This document shows positions 11,314-22,027 of a stretch of 64,000 nt of DNA, piece by piece. A model generated the notes under the pieces. That model did not search any database. It saw only the letters and a program-made list of their open reading frames with translations, and had not been told where the DNA came from. The position numbers were made by a program, and so were the translations under genes. The stretch lies in contig CBFDEM010000005.1 in the NCBI GenBank assembly GCA_965603825.1, forward strand, positions 831,505 through 895,504, written 5' to 3'. The DNA is from Blepharisma stoltei ATCC 30299. Its lineage: Eukaryota > Protista > Ciliophora. The stretch's first letter is position 1. Each line of letters begins with the position of its first letter.

Positions 11314-12603
11314 ATGGCAAACATCACATTGCATGACTTTCTTGATCTAAAATTTCCTCTCAGCCAAGAAGAAATAAGAGAAATCAGTCAAAAATCCCAA
11401 AAATTGTCTCCTGTAGAAAGAAAAGAGCTTTTCAGCCAATTAAAAGACAAAACTAAATTTCCTTCATGAAATCATGAACAGTTAGACCAGCTCACATCTT
11501 TGCTTTCAGCTGACAGTTCCTCACAAGAAAACTCATGCTTTTTGCCTGATAAGGATTATAACCAAAACATGAGCGCTAGAAGCACCATCAACTCTCTAGA
11601 CGAAAATATCATAAAATCATTGAACTTGTCCCCACTCCGCCATAATAAAGCGCTATCAGAAGAAATTTCGATGTCTCCAGGGCGCTTTACAAGCCCTAGG
11701 TTGTCAAGTTACATAAGCAATTATTTAAACTCTGAATCAGCTTTGATTTATGATCCTCTAGAATTATCAGAAAAATTGACATTTTTAACGCATTATGTAG
11801 AGAAACAAAAATATAAGTTTTTTATTTTGTGGAAACTTAAGGCAGCAAAAGGAAAACTTATAGAAAAAATTAAAAAATTTGGGAATATTTTAAATCGGGC
11901 CAAGCTGGGATTGCAGCATGCTTATGTAATTTGGAAAGCTAAAACAAAAGCACCGAACTTGTCTACAATTATTAATGATATCTACAGAGCCGGAAAAATT
12001 TTATCAAATTTCCCTTTGAAAATGATGGGAGATAGCTTTACAAAGCTGAAATTCTACGATCCAAAGAAAACGAGAAATGCTATTAAAAATTTCATTTTTT
12101 TTAGCTCAAACAGGCTTAGATTAGCTATAAATACATGGAAAAGTTTTACAAAAGAAAATAAACACCAATCAAGAAATATTAAATCAATTGCGATTTTAAG
12201 GCTTATGGCTTATTATAAATACTGCCAGAGACACTATTCCAGCACCGTTATGAATAAATGGAAAAAGGTTTTTGCTAAAAAGAAATACGAAGGTCTGTTT
12301 TTATATAATTCAATATTCAATATAAACAGAAAATTATACAAGCCCTGCTTTGAATTGATAAAAAACTATAAGAAAAAACAGCCAGAAATTAAAACTTGTG
12401 TATTAAATGGCAGTTTCAGCTTAGAAAAAATAAAGAGTGAAGCTGGGCTTGAAAATTATAGTGTTGTCCGTGTCAGAAAAATATTATCAAAAAAACGTAA
12501 ACCAAGTATAAGAAAAGGAGATCTTTTATTCTTCAGCCTTCTCTTTAATAATCTCAAAGCAAAGCAGCACCGACAAGTTTTTAAACTTTTTCAGCGTTTA
12601 TAA
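11314..12603 (+). CDS. Hypothetical protein with Sfi1-like (Trp-periodic) repeats
   Basis: ATG 11314 is in frame with ORF 11500 across one TGA; KFFILWK, AYVIWK, AINTWK, VMNKWK. Confidence 0.65.
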
Positions 12604-12652
12604 AATGTCCTAAAAATTAATGATTTTAGAGTAATTCTTAATAAAAAACAAT

Positions 12653-13228
12653 ATGAACATTTTCGCGTCGACAAGCACATCTATAAGTGCTGGGAATTCT
12701 ACGGACGGGGTCGGGAATAATTCCATAACTCGGCATTCTCCTTATTCTCCACTTCCTGTTTACAACAACCAAACCAGTTATGGATCGACTTACAATAATG
12801 ATAATGGCTCATTTTATCTGAGAAAAATGTATCAATCCACATCAACTTTTCCTCAGAAAGCATTTTCAACAAGCCCTGTGAAACCTCCCAAAATAATTGA
12901 TAAAACTTTTAAAAGAATTGCTGATCAAATAACTGAACAGTCATCAAAAGTGAATTCAATAGCTCCAAGGCAATTAAATAATCCTTTAAGCTTCTGTGAT
13001 GACTTTTTTGTCGCTCCAGCTGTTTCGAGGACTCCAAATCCTACCTCAAAAACTAGCCCAAATAATCAAGTTTGGCTTGAAAAAAGAAACAAAAATCAAA
13101 TGAGTCAAAAATTTTTACGAGGAGATTATATCCCCTCAGTGAATCAAATGCATTTATATGGAAGAAGAGAAAGACCGTCGCGCTTTGAAAGTATTGGATT
13201 ATGGATTTCGAGAAATAAAATTAGTTAA
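12653..13228 (+). CDS. Hypothetical Ser/Pro-rich protein
   Basis: 191-aa ORF with A-rich start context; no recognised domain. Confidence 0.6.
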   Translation: MNIFASTSTSISAGNSTDGVGNNSITRHSPYSPLPVYNNQTSYGSTYNNDNGSFYLRKMYQSTSTFPQKAFSTSPVKPPKIIDKTFKRIADQITEQSSKVNSIAPRQLNNPLSFCDDFFVAPAVSRTPNPTSKTSPNNQVWLEKRNKNQMSQKFLRGDYIPSVNQMHLYGRRERPSRFESIGLWISRNKIS

Positions 13229-13237
13229 AATATTGAA

Positions 13238-13600
13238 TTAAACTGTTAACTTTGAAAAATTCGCTTCAAGTGGCTCGATGGCTTGTCTTGGTTTTTCATT
13301 GAAAATTAATTTTACAATATCACGAGCTATTGTTTTCTTGACAAAAGAAAAAAATATTCCTCCTGATGTTCGATTTCTAGAGCCATTTAAAGTGGGGACA
13401 CCTCCTTCTGTTTGAAGTGCGATAACTTTCTTAGTTGTGGATATCACGAACTCTCCACCGAGAATTGTAGTAATTCTTGAAATTAGGTTCACAGCTGGCT
13501 CTCCAAGTAAGCATGCAATAGCTACTGCAAGATTTGGGTCTTCAGGTCTTAAATTTTCTATATTACATAAATTGATATCTGACATTTTAAATATATGCAT
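13238..13600 (-). CDS. Small protein consisting of a PHAX RNA-binding domain
   Basis: LGE...LISRITTILG...GGVPTLNGSRNRTSGGIFFSFVK resembles the PHAX RBD (NG.RRRTPGGVF). Start could be the second Met (13585). Confidence 0.75.
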   Translation of the reverse strand: MHIFKMSDINLCNIENLRPEDPNLAVAIACLLGEPAVNLISRITTILGGEFVISTTKKVIALQTEGGVPTLNGSRNRTSGGIFFSFVKKTIARDIVKLIFNEKPRQAIEPLEANFSKLTV

Positions 13601-13778
13601 AATTAAAATAATTTTACAACGAGCAGACTCAATTATAGAGTTTTATTTTTTTATTATTAAATTTATACCCTTCCTTTAATAATCATAATGAACTTTCTTT
13701 CTTTAGAAAATATAAAAAGACGTAAAACTTCTTGGCAGACATATACTAATGTGCTTTGTTTAATTAAGTTTAAAAAAT

Positions 13779-15545
13779 ATGTTTTCAACAGGCAGTTACC
13801 AGCCTTTTCCAACTAGAAGTAATTGCTAAGCAGAGGATCTTATGTATCTTTCTACCATAACTCCTGAAGATGTACCTCCCAAGAAAAAGCACTGGGGAAG
13901 CACCAGCTTGACTTCTCTCGTTACAGACGACATCGAAGGTGCAAAGCCAGCTCTAAAAGGCTACCAATACGTTAACAAGCCTGATTTTGCATATACAGCG
14001 CACGACATCGAAAAAGCGCAGCCTTCCAAACTCCATCAAGCCTTAAATAAGCCAAATTTTAACCTCAATACTAAAGATATTTTTAAAGCTTACCCAAACA
14101 AAGCAGAATTCGTGACAAACAGGATAGGCCACAACCCCCTGATGCCTGTTTATAAGCTGCCTAGTTTTGAAACTAGGCCAATAACTCCTCCCAAATTTGT
14201 CAGAGATTCTATACAGATTACTGATATTGATGGGACAAAGCCTGAGGCTTATTTTAAATGGCAAACCAGAAACTCTATGAATATCACAGATATTGATGGA
14301 GCAAGGCCAAAACCTGACAAAAAGCCAAAGAAGCCAAATTTTATGGACCCAAGGGATATAAATAAAGGTGATGTGGTGGAATATGGCAGAAATACAAACC
14401 CATTGATGCCTCAGTATTCGGTGAGGGATTATGAAGGAAAACTAGTCACCATTGGAGAAGTTGAAGGAAGCAAGCCAAAAGTCTTGATAAACAAAAGCAC
14501 AAGTCCACATCAGAGGCATTTAAATACTCAGGATATTGATGGAGCTGTCCCTGGAACTGTAGGGCTAGGCCCGATAGGGAAAAAAGACAGAAATGAGTAT
14601 AGGCAAACCACAAATACCCAGGACATATTAGGAGCTCAAGCTGGAACCTTGAAAAAAGGGATCACCACATTGAGAAGTACACACCCCCTCGACCCTAGCT
14701 ATAAATGGGTAACTGAAGACGAAACCTTGCGAAATGGCCAACTTACCAACTATACTGTCGACCATACAAAATACTGGGGATACGCAGAAACCCCAAGACG
14801 CGAAGACCAGCTTTCCAGACAAAGCACCCTCCCGCCTCCTACAGGTCTTTCAAAAGACTCCGAATTCAAAGTAAATGCCCGCAAATTCTACGCCAATGAC
14901 GAAGATGACCCAAATATAGGTTTTTCAAAAAATGCTGAAAAATTTTATAGTAGCTCGCCTAACCTAAAAGCTGGGAATATCTTTTTAAATGCAATTAATC
15001 CAGGGTCCATCAATAGAGCTAGGCCAAAATTCAATGAAATTGATGCAGAAACCCAAAGTTTTCAAAAAAATATTGACCAGTTCCATGGGGTTTCCCCATC
15101 ACCGCCTAAATCTGAAGATGGAGGAAGCGAGGATAAACCTTTGGACCCTGAGTTTGAGTATGCAGCGAGCAAATTCCATAATGTAAAAGCAACTCCTAAC
15201 ACAAATGAAAGGGTTTTTCAAAAGGACGCTTCCAAGTTCTATGAGCCTATGACAGGTCCTGCTGCTTATCAGTTCAATTTGGCCAGAAAAGATATAGGAA
15301 GACCTGGAAAGCCACCACAAAATCCATTGGATACCGTTTATAAGAAAAATATTGCGAAGTTTTATGGGATGACCCCACCTGGCAGCGTAGATTCAAGAAA
15401 TCAAGGACAAAATGTTGAGAAAAATTCACCCAGAAGTATAGATGGGAAGAGCTATAATGCTGAATCAAGAAATTCAGTCAGAAGCCACGATTCGAGAAAC
15501 CCTGAAGTGAAAAATGCTGATTCGAGGTCTCAAATTAGCCAATAA
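13779..15545 (+). CDS. Repeat protein (DIDGAKP / NPLxPxY repeats), candidate microtubule-associated
   Basis: Upstream exon from ATG 13779 via a 15-nt intron 13819-13833; at least 6 DI(D/E)G(A/T)xP and 3 (N/H)PLxPxY motifs. Confidence 0.7.
13819..13833 (+). other. 15-nt intron
   Basis: gtaattgctaagcag; contains an in-frame TAA. Confidence 0.75.
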
Positions 15546-16018
15546 TTATTAATTATAATGATTAGATCTCTATTTCGATATAATTGAAAAATATTTTTGA
15601 CTCAATAATACTAGAATTTCTTATATAGAGCCATTCATATAAATTTTGGCAGTTAGCTTATAATTCGAGCATGATTCCTCCATGATTTTATCATTTTAGT
15701 TTCCATTTAATGATCTATTTTCTTAACTCCTCAAGATATTGCTTCACAAGCCATGAAGTTTACAATTTGTGCTACGCACAGTATTACATTTTATTTTTAA
15801 TTTTTTCGCCTTAACTATAATTTAAATTTTAAATATCCCTAATGAGAGAGCATGCTCTCGTGCTATATTTTCCCAAAAATCTTCTCGTGTAAATCCATTG
15901 TTGCATTTTAAGCTTAAAATCACATGTTAAACAGCTTTAAATAAAATCGTCAAAAATAATAATATAACCTGCTTTTTATAATAATATTCAGTACTTTCAA
16001 AAATCGATTTTTTAAAAA

Positions 16019-17365
16019 ATGGGAAACAAAGTATGAGAGCCTCAAGTGCAAACAAACCAAAAAAAGAAGCACCCAAAGCTGATTTTCTGCCAAGGCTTCA
16101 ACAAGCATAATGAATGTGGGGGTGAAGACGGATATGTCACCCGAGAAAGAGTCGCTACCTCAGTTTCAGCAGGCTTTAACCACAATCTCGCTATTTTAGC
16201 CAGTGGACAATTAGTCTCATGGGGCTCAAATGAATTCGGACAGCTTGGCAGCCAAGGAAACACATGGCTTGAATCTTGAATTTATGAGCCTCCAAAGGTC
16301 CAGACTATTTATTTCCCTCGGCAATTTGGAAAAATTTCCATTTCACAAATTTCTGCTGGTGCTTGGCACTCTGCATGTATTTCCAATACTGGAATTTTAT
16401 TTACATGGGGACTCGGAACTAGTGGCCAATTAGGCTATCCAGCTAACCCTGACGATTTTGTTAGAGCTCCTGGGACTTCTCACAAGTTTTGCCCTAATCC
16501 TAAATCTGTGGACTATTTTACCAATCATCCAATTTATTATGTTTCCTGTGGTAGCACTTTTACAGTGGTTTTAAGCCGAGGACGAGAAGTTTTTATATTT
16601 GGAGACGGAAGCCATGGGGTGTTCGGAAATGGCAAAAAAGGCAAAAAATGGGAGCCGCAGCTCATTGAGGCGTTAATTGGAAAAGAAATCCGAAAAATCG
16701 CATGTGGGTGGAACCACGTGCTGGCGCTTTCGATGACTGGAAAAGTTTACTATTGGGGAAACCAATATGCTGATATGAGGGAAAATTTCCCAGATACTGA
16801 AATTCCAGAGTTGGTCCCAGGCTTGGAAGATAATTTTATTACTGATATAGCATGTGGTGATTACCATTCTGCTGCCTTGTCAAGAAGAAACCCCAATGCA
16901 CTCTTCACGTGGGGAGGGAATGGGTATGGCCAATTAGGCTATGTTATAGAAGATGAGGACCCTTATATCAATTTTATCCCAAAAAGGGTCGAAATTTACC
17001 ACGAAATTTCCTCAATAAGCTGTGGAGGGTTATTTATGGTCGCAAAATTGAGGGATGGGACAGTTTTAGGCTGGGGAAGCAATAAGCATCGCCAATTCGG
17101 GAAAAATGGGCAAGAATTTTATCAGCCGCTTGTGCTCTTTGATGGGTCGGTAAATAAGATATCAAGAGTTATGGCTGGGCACTCACATATAGCAGTCTTA
17201 TGCAAAAAAGAAATTATATTTGGGGAATTTTTAGCTCCAGGAAAAGAAGCGTTTTCACCTGCAGAAACTGAAGCGTCTATTCCAACTGGTAGAGAAGAGC
17301 ATAAAGAAAGCCAATTCTTAATGTATAAAGAATATGAAGCGATAAGGTACCACAAAGAGACTTAA
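16019..17365 (+). CDS. RCC1-repeat beta-propeller protein, possible N-myristoylation (MGNK)
   Basis: Continuous frame across two TGA; SAGFNH, WGSNEFGQLG, SAGAWHS, ACGWNH, ACGDYHS, WGGNGYGQLG. Confidence 0.88.
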
Positions 17366-17589
17366 TTTTATTTACTCTAAATAAAATGACTATGAAAAAA
17401 TTACTATTAATCTAAATACTGATATTTCGGTTTAAAACACTATATTATCTTGCCATTTATTATAAGGGAAATTCTAAATGGCAATCAATTTTGCAGGGGA
17501 TCTTTTCATAAGCACCCTTCAAAAAGGGGTAAAGAATTATAAAATCATCTAGGGTCACACATATAATTATAGAAAAATATAATCAGAAA

Positions 17590-19086
17590 ATGGAAGCTGA
17601 AATCTGTGAAATCTGGTAAAAAATAAGCAGTCACAAAGAAGTTCCTACACTATCGATGACAATGCACAGAGCTCATTGTGAGAGAAATACAATGAGATGC
17701 CTCAAATGCAACGAGCTCATATCTAAGCTCGCACAAGAAGAGCATGATCTTCTCTATCACCAGATTAAAGAATGCTCTCAGTGCTATGCTCGAATGGAAG
17801 CAAGATATTTTGAAAAGCACGAATGCCCCAAAGCTCCAAGTTACTGCCCATATTGCGAAGCTACTTATCCATTAGATCTTTTTCAGCCTCATATCCAAGC
17901 GTGTGGGAGCAGGTCTGAGGAATGTGAAAAATGCAATAGGTTTATTTTATTAAAACACTTTAAAAGCCATCAAGATAGTTGTGGCAAGGAAGATAGTGAG
18001 AAAAATATTAAGGCGAAAGACTTACAAAGAGAAATTATGAGGGAAAAAGAAGAGAGAAAATTTGTAGAGCCTATTCAAATAAGCCGTGAAGAAGCTAGAA
18101 CAAAATTGGATGCTGAAAATGCAGAAAAAGAACTTAAAGCAAAACAATATCAAGAACTCCAAAAACAAATTATAAGGGAAGGGAAAGAGAAAAAAATTAT
18201 AGAGCCTAAAATAAGTCGTGAAGAAGCCAAAGCCAAACTTGATGCTGAAAATGCTGAAAAAGAGCTTAAGGCAAGACAATATCGAGATCTACAAAATCAA
18301 ATAGAAGCGGAAAGAAGCAAAAAAATGCAGCTTGATAATGATAGAATTAAGGCTGAGCCACGAAGACCAGAGAATATATTGCCAAATCAAGAACCTAAAA
18401 ATAGATTTGCAACATATGAACTTCCGCCTCCTAGCAAGAAAAAAGAGCCGCCAATATACCAAGGCTCTCACCAGCAGTTTCCAAGAAACTTAGAACCAAT
18501 AAATCAGCCTCAAATATTTCCTCGTTTCTCAGAGCCAATTAATCAGCCTCAATTCATTCCCCATCGCTCAGATCCAATCTATCAGCCTCAATTTGTTCCG
18601 AACACTTCAGAAGATGAAAGAATTGCGAGGGAGCTAGCTCAGCGATTGGAAAGAGAAGCTAAAGAAAATATAGATAGAATAATTGCTGAAGGACTATTAA
18701 GGGATGAGCAAGAAAGTTACCAAGGATATGGACCTATAATTGATGATAGCGATATATTAGCAAAAAAACTTTTGGCTAAGGAAGATGAAAGATTGGCTAA
18801 ACAACTTTTGGCTGAGGAAGACGAAAAACTGGCTAAAGCACTTTTGGCAAAAGAAGATGAAAGATTGGCTCGCCAGCTAGCTGGAAATGGGAGGATCCCA
18901 TCAGATCGTTCTCCAAATGTTCTAGATTATGCTAATTTTACGAATGAACAAGATTATAATTATTTTGGAAACTCTATACAACAAAATATTTATCCTTATA
19001 AACAGCGGCAAAATATACAGCAAGGAGATTTGACTGAAGAAGAACTATTAAAAATTGCAATGCTTGAAAGCTTAAACCACAAGTAA
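17590..19086 (+). CDS. XAF1/TRAFD1-like zinc-finger protein with MIU-like and UIM ubiquitin-binding motifs
   Basis: Intron 17616-17630 restores CEIC...HRAHC; further CxxC..H..C fingers; EDERLAKQL repeats; C-terminal EEELLKIAMLESL. Confidence 0.8.
17616..17630 (+). other. 15-nt intron
   Basis: gtaaaaaataagcag; splicing creates the second Cys of the first zinc finger. Confidence 0.85.
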
Positions 19087-19303
19087 CAATATAATTTTTT
19101 TAAAACGCGCTATTTTCATATAATGATAACAAAGACTTAATTGCTGTCTATTTCTAATGAGAAGCAAAAGCGTCCAAATTTCAAATAGGCGGATATATAA
19201 TTTAAAAAAATCACAATAATTCTTTATAATCCACTATTATTTTCTCAGTAAATTAATAAAAATCTATAAATAATTCAAGCAGATATAGAATTTAAAGCAG
19301 CTA

Positions 19304-19858
19304 TTAATTAGTCACTTCTTCCACTATAGCTGGTGCTTCCACACACTCCAAGCTGTTTCTCACACAATGGTTGAAATGTTTTGCATCATCAAAAGCTTTC
19401 TTAAACTCCTGTGATTTTTCAGGTGTTCCAAGTCTCATAGCGAATTTTGTCCTTTGTCTTTCTCCTTCACTGAAATCGTGGGCAATCCACAACCAAGCTC
19501 TGTCACTTCCAGCATGCTGCACGAGATTACATAGGGGATCTTCTTCTAATATAAAATTCGCAACCACTTTTTTAGTGTTATCCTGTCTCATTACGAAGCT
19601 GATCCTTCTTGTTTCTCTATTACGATTCAGCTTAACATCGCCTGTGCCTCTTTCTTTCCATTGTTCTTCAGCCCATCTGTATAGTTTGGCTCGGGTTTTG
19701 AAGATACAGTCTGTGTTCTCTTCTCCAGTGACAACTTCCACTTCAGGCAAGTCCACAGCTTTCCAGTCTCCTTTGACTTCTTCTTCAGGATTCTCCACTT
19801 CTTCGGCCGGATCCTCCTCTTTTTTGCTAGCCAAGAAAGCTGATACGTCTTCACTCAT
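19304..19858 (-). CDS. RANBP1: Ran-binding protein 1 (RanBD)
   Basis: VVTGEE, RAKLYRW, WKERGTGDVK, MRQDNTKKVVAN, AGSDRAWLW, DFSEG. Confidence 0.92.
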   Translation of the reverse strand: MSEDVSAFLASKKEEDPAEEVENPEEEVKGDWKAVDLPEVEVVTGEENTDCIFKTRAKLYRWAEEQWKERGTGDVKLNRNRETRRISFVMRQDNTKKVVANFILEEDPLCNLVQHAGSDRAWLWIAHDFSEGERQRTKFAMRLGTPEKSQEFKKAFDDAKHFNHCVRNSLECVEAPAIVEEVTN

Positions 19859-19877
19859 TTTTTATCACAAATAAAAT

Positions 19878-20537
19878 ATGTTAGTGAAAAGGATAAATAG
19901 GGCAATCAGCAGGGCTGAGCTATTGAAAGCTAGCAAAGAAAGGGATTTATCTCAGATGAAGGTACTAGAAGGTTTTTTAACAAAAACCCAAAAAAGAAGA
20001 ATAAATGTCCTCGCTGATATAATAGAAGACATGACTAAAAATGAGCAAGCTACTCTATGGAAAACCCTAAATGAAAAAATGCAAAACTCTTTTGGAAAGG
20101 ACCCCAAGCTGTTCAATGATTTCCGCCCAACAGGTGACAAGTGGGCAAACCTTCCTCCACAAGTCTCAGATATGTTTCAGCAGATAGGCGTACAAGGGTG
20201 TTTTCCCAATGGCTTAATCGAATTATTCGTACAAGGAAAAATGGGTGGTTTAAGCGCAGGTGGAGCACCTCAAAAAGAAAAAGTGGAAGAAAAGCAAGAA
20301 GTTGTAGTCGAAAAGACGAATTTTGATGTACTAATCAAAGGATTTTCTGCTGATGGCAAGCTGAAAATTATTAAAGAAGTTAAAAACTTGTTAGCAATTG
20401 GTCTGAAAGATGCGAAAGATAGAGTAGAAGCTTCAGTTACGACGCCACTAATGATAGGTAAACAATTACCTAAAGAGCAAGCTGAGCAGCTGGAAAAGCA
20501 GTATAAAGAATTGGGAGCCGAAATTGAGTTGAAATAA
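19878..20537 (+). CDS. MRPL12: Mitochondrial ribosomal protein bL12 (L7/L12)
   Basis: C-terminal EKTNFDVLIKGF...KLKIIKEVKNLLAIGLKDAKDRVE...LGAEIELK; basic N-terminal presequence. Confidence 0.85.
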   Translation: MLVKRINRAISRAELLKASKERDLSQMKVLEGFLTKTQKRRINVLADIIEDMTKNEQATLWKTLNEKMQNSFGKDPKLFNDFRPTGDKWANLPPQVSDMFQQIGVQGCFPNGLIELFVQGKMGGLSAGGAPQKEKVEEKQEVVVEKTNFDVLIKGFSADGKLKIIKEVKNLLAIGLKDAKDRVEASVTTPLMIGKQLPKEQAEQLEKQYKELGAEIELK

Positions 20538-20561
20538 GCTAACAAATTTTAACAAAATTAT

Positions 20562-21995
20562 TTAAGGGCTATCTTGATCTGGTTCATCACGTAGGCATTC
20601 TTCAATTACAGAAGCTTGTGCCTGCAAATATGATAATAAATCAGTGCTATTTATATTTTCCTGAATAATCCTCATAGTTTCTTCCAGCTCTTTTTTGTCT
20701 GCTTTTTCATGAGAAAGTTGAAGTTTCAGGGTTTTTACTTCTTGATTATTAGCAAGGACTGGACTTTTGAGCTGCATTGGGGAATTTTCTAGTAGTGGCC
20801 CATTGATATTGGTTAATTCTTGACTTATAATTTTCATTTGTTCTTCAAAGCCGCCGCTTGTCCTTAGAAACTCTTCAATTGCAGATTTTGAGTTTCCATA
20901 GTGGATAAGGTCAATTATGTCAAGGATTCATTCACCTGTGGATTTTAAGGTTTCAAGCGTATTATAGTAGCGGTTTTTAAATTGCTCACAGTCAGTTTCA
21001 GCTGTTTTAAGCTTGGCTTCTAGATCTTTGCATTCTGGAGCAATTGTCATTGCTCTGTGATCATTTCTTTCCTTTGAAAGAATTATATTTGATAAATTTT
21101 TTATGGCTTTTTGCTCATTTTTTTCCAAACTTAAATGCTCTACTTTCCTTATTTTTTCTTTTAAATTACAATTCTCCTCATTTGCATTTTGCAGATCCTG
21201 CTTTAAATTAAGTTTTTCCATTTCCACAATCTCCAGCTTTGTTTTTACCTCCAGCACTTCTTTATGAAGCGCATTAATTTCCTTTATATACCCATTAAAG
21301 CTTTCCTTCGCTAATTTCAGCTCTAAATTAACTTTAGCTGAATTTTGATCAAAATTTTGCAGGCTTTTCTTTAAATTTTCAATTTCAGCGTCTTTTGCTT
21401 TACAATTTAATTCGGTATCCCTCATCAGCATTGAGACTTTTAGTAGCTCAAACTCGACTTGGTTTTTTTCGTCCATTAATTTAATGATTTTTTCTCTTGA
21501 GGTTTTTAACTCTTCCAGTTCATCAAATTTACTTTGATAATTTATTACTCGGCTCATAGTTTTATTATGACACTCTATCCTTTTCTTGTTTTTTTCTAAT
21601 GTTTCTGGGATAAGGCTGAAATTAATTGGACTGCAATATCCGTAGTCAGCTGATTTGCCTCTTCTAACAACTGGGCTGTGGACCACTTGTGCAGTTCCTT
21701 CCTCTCCGACGCTTTCAAAACGAGTTTCTACTTCTGTTTTTTTTGAAGGAATTTTGGAATTTTCATAGCAAATTTGTGGCTGGCTTGGGTTTGCAGTATC
21801 TCAAAGAGATAATGAACTTGAAGATATTTCGCTTTTTAACTGTAATTTAAACTGAGATACTTTTTTCAGTGCAGCACGGCTGTTATTTAATCCATCGATA
21901 AATCTCTTAGAAGAACAGCTGCGTTTGCTTGAAGTTGAAATACCTGAATTGTCAGACTCTTCTGAAATCGACGCATTAATGAGGTGTTTATGCAT
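20562..21995 (-). CDS. Coiled-coil protein (477 aa)
   Basis: Three ORF-track pieces join in frame across TGA at 21801 and 20928. Confidence 0.7.
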
Positions 21996-22027
21996 TTTTA
22001 TTATGAAATTAATAAAACATTTAAATA

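Noticed and set aside
16031-16046. Possible 16-nt intron gtatgagagcctcaag in the RCC1 gene
   Set aside because: GC-rich, would break the frame, and TGA=Trp already gives an open frame
17478-17560. Slightly GC-richer intergenic patch with a small hairpin, possible ncRNA
   Set aside because: No recognisable tRNA, snRNA or snoRNA motifs; would need an Infernal/Rfam search
19371-19874. Antisense and alternate-frame ORFs in the track (e.g. 19371-19874, 28601-28978, 31530-32024, 35465-35884, 35909-36328)
   Set aside because: Shadows of well-supported genes, with S/F/L-rich composition typical of the reverse of E/K-rich coding DNA
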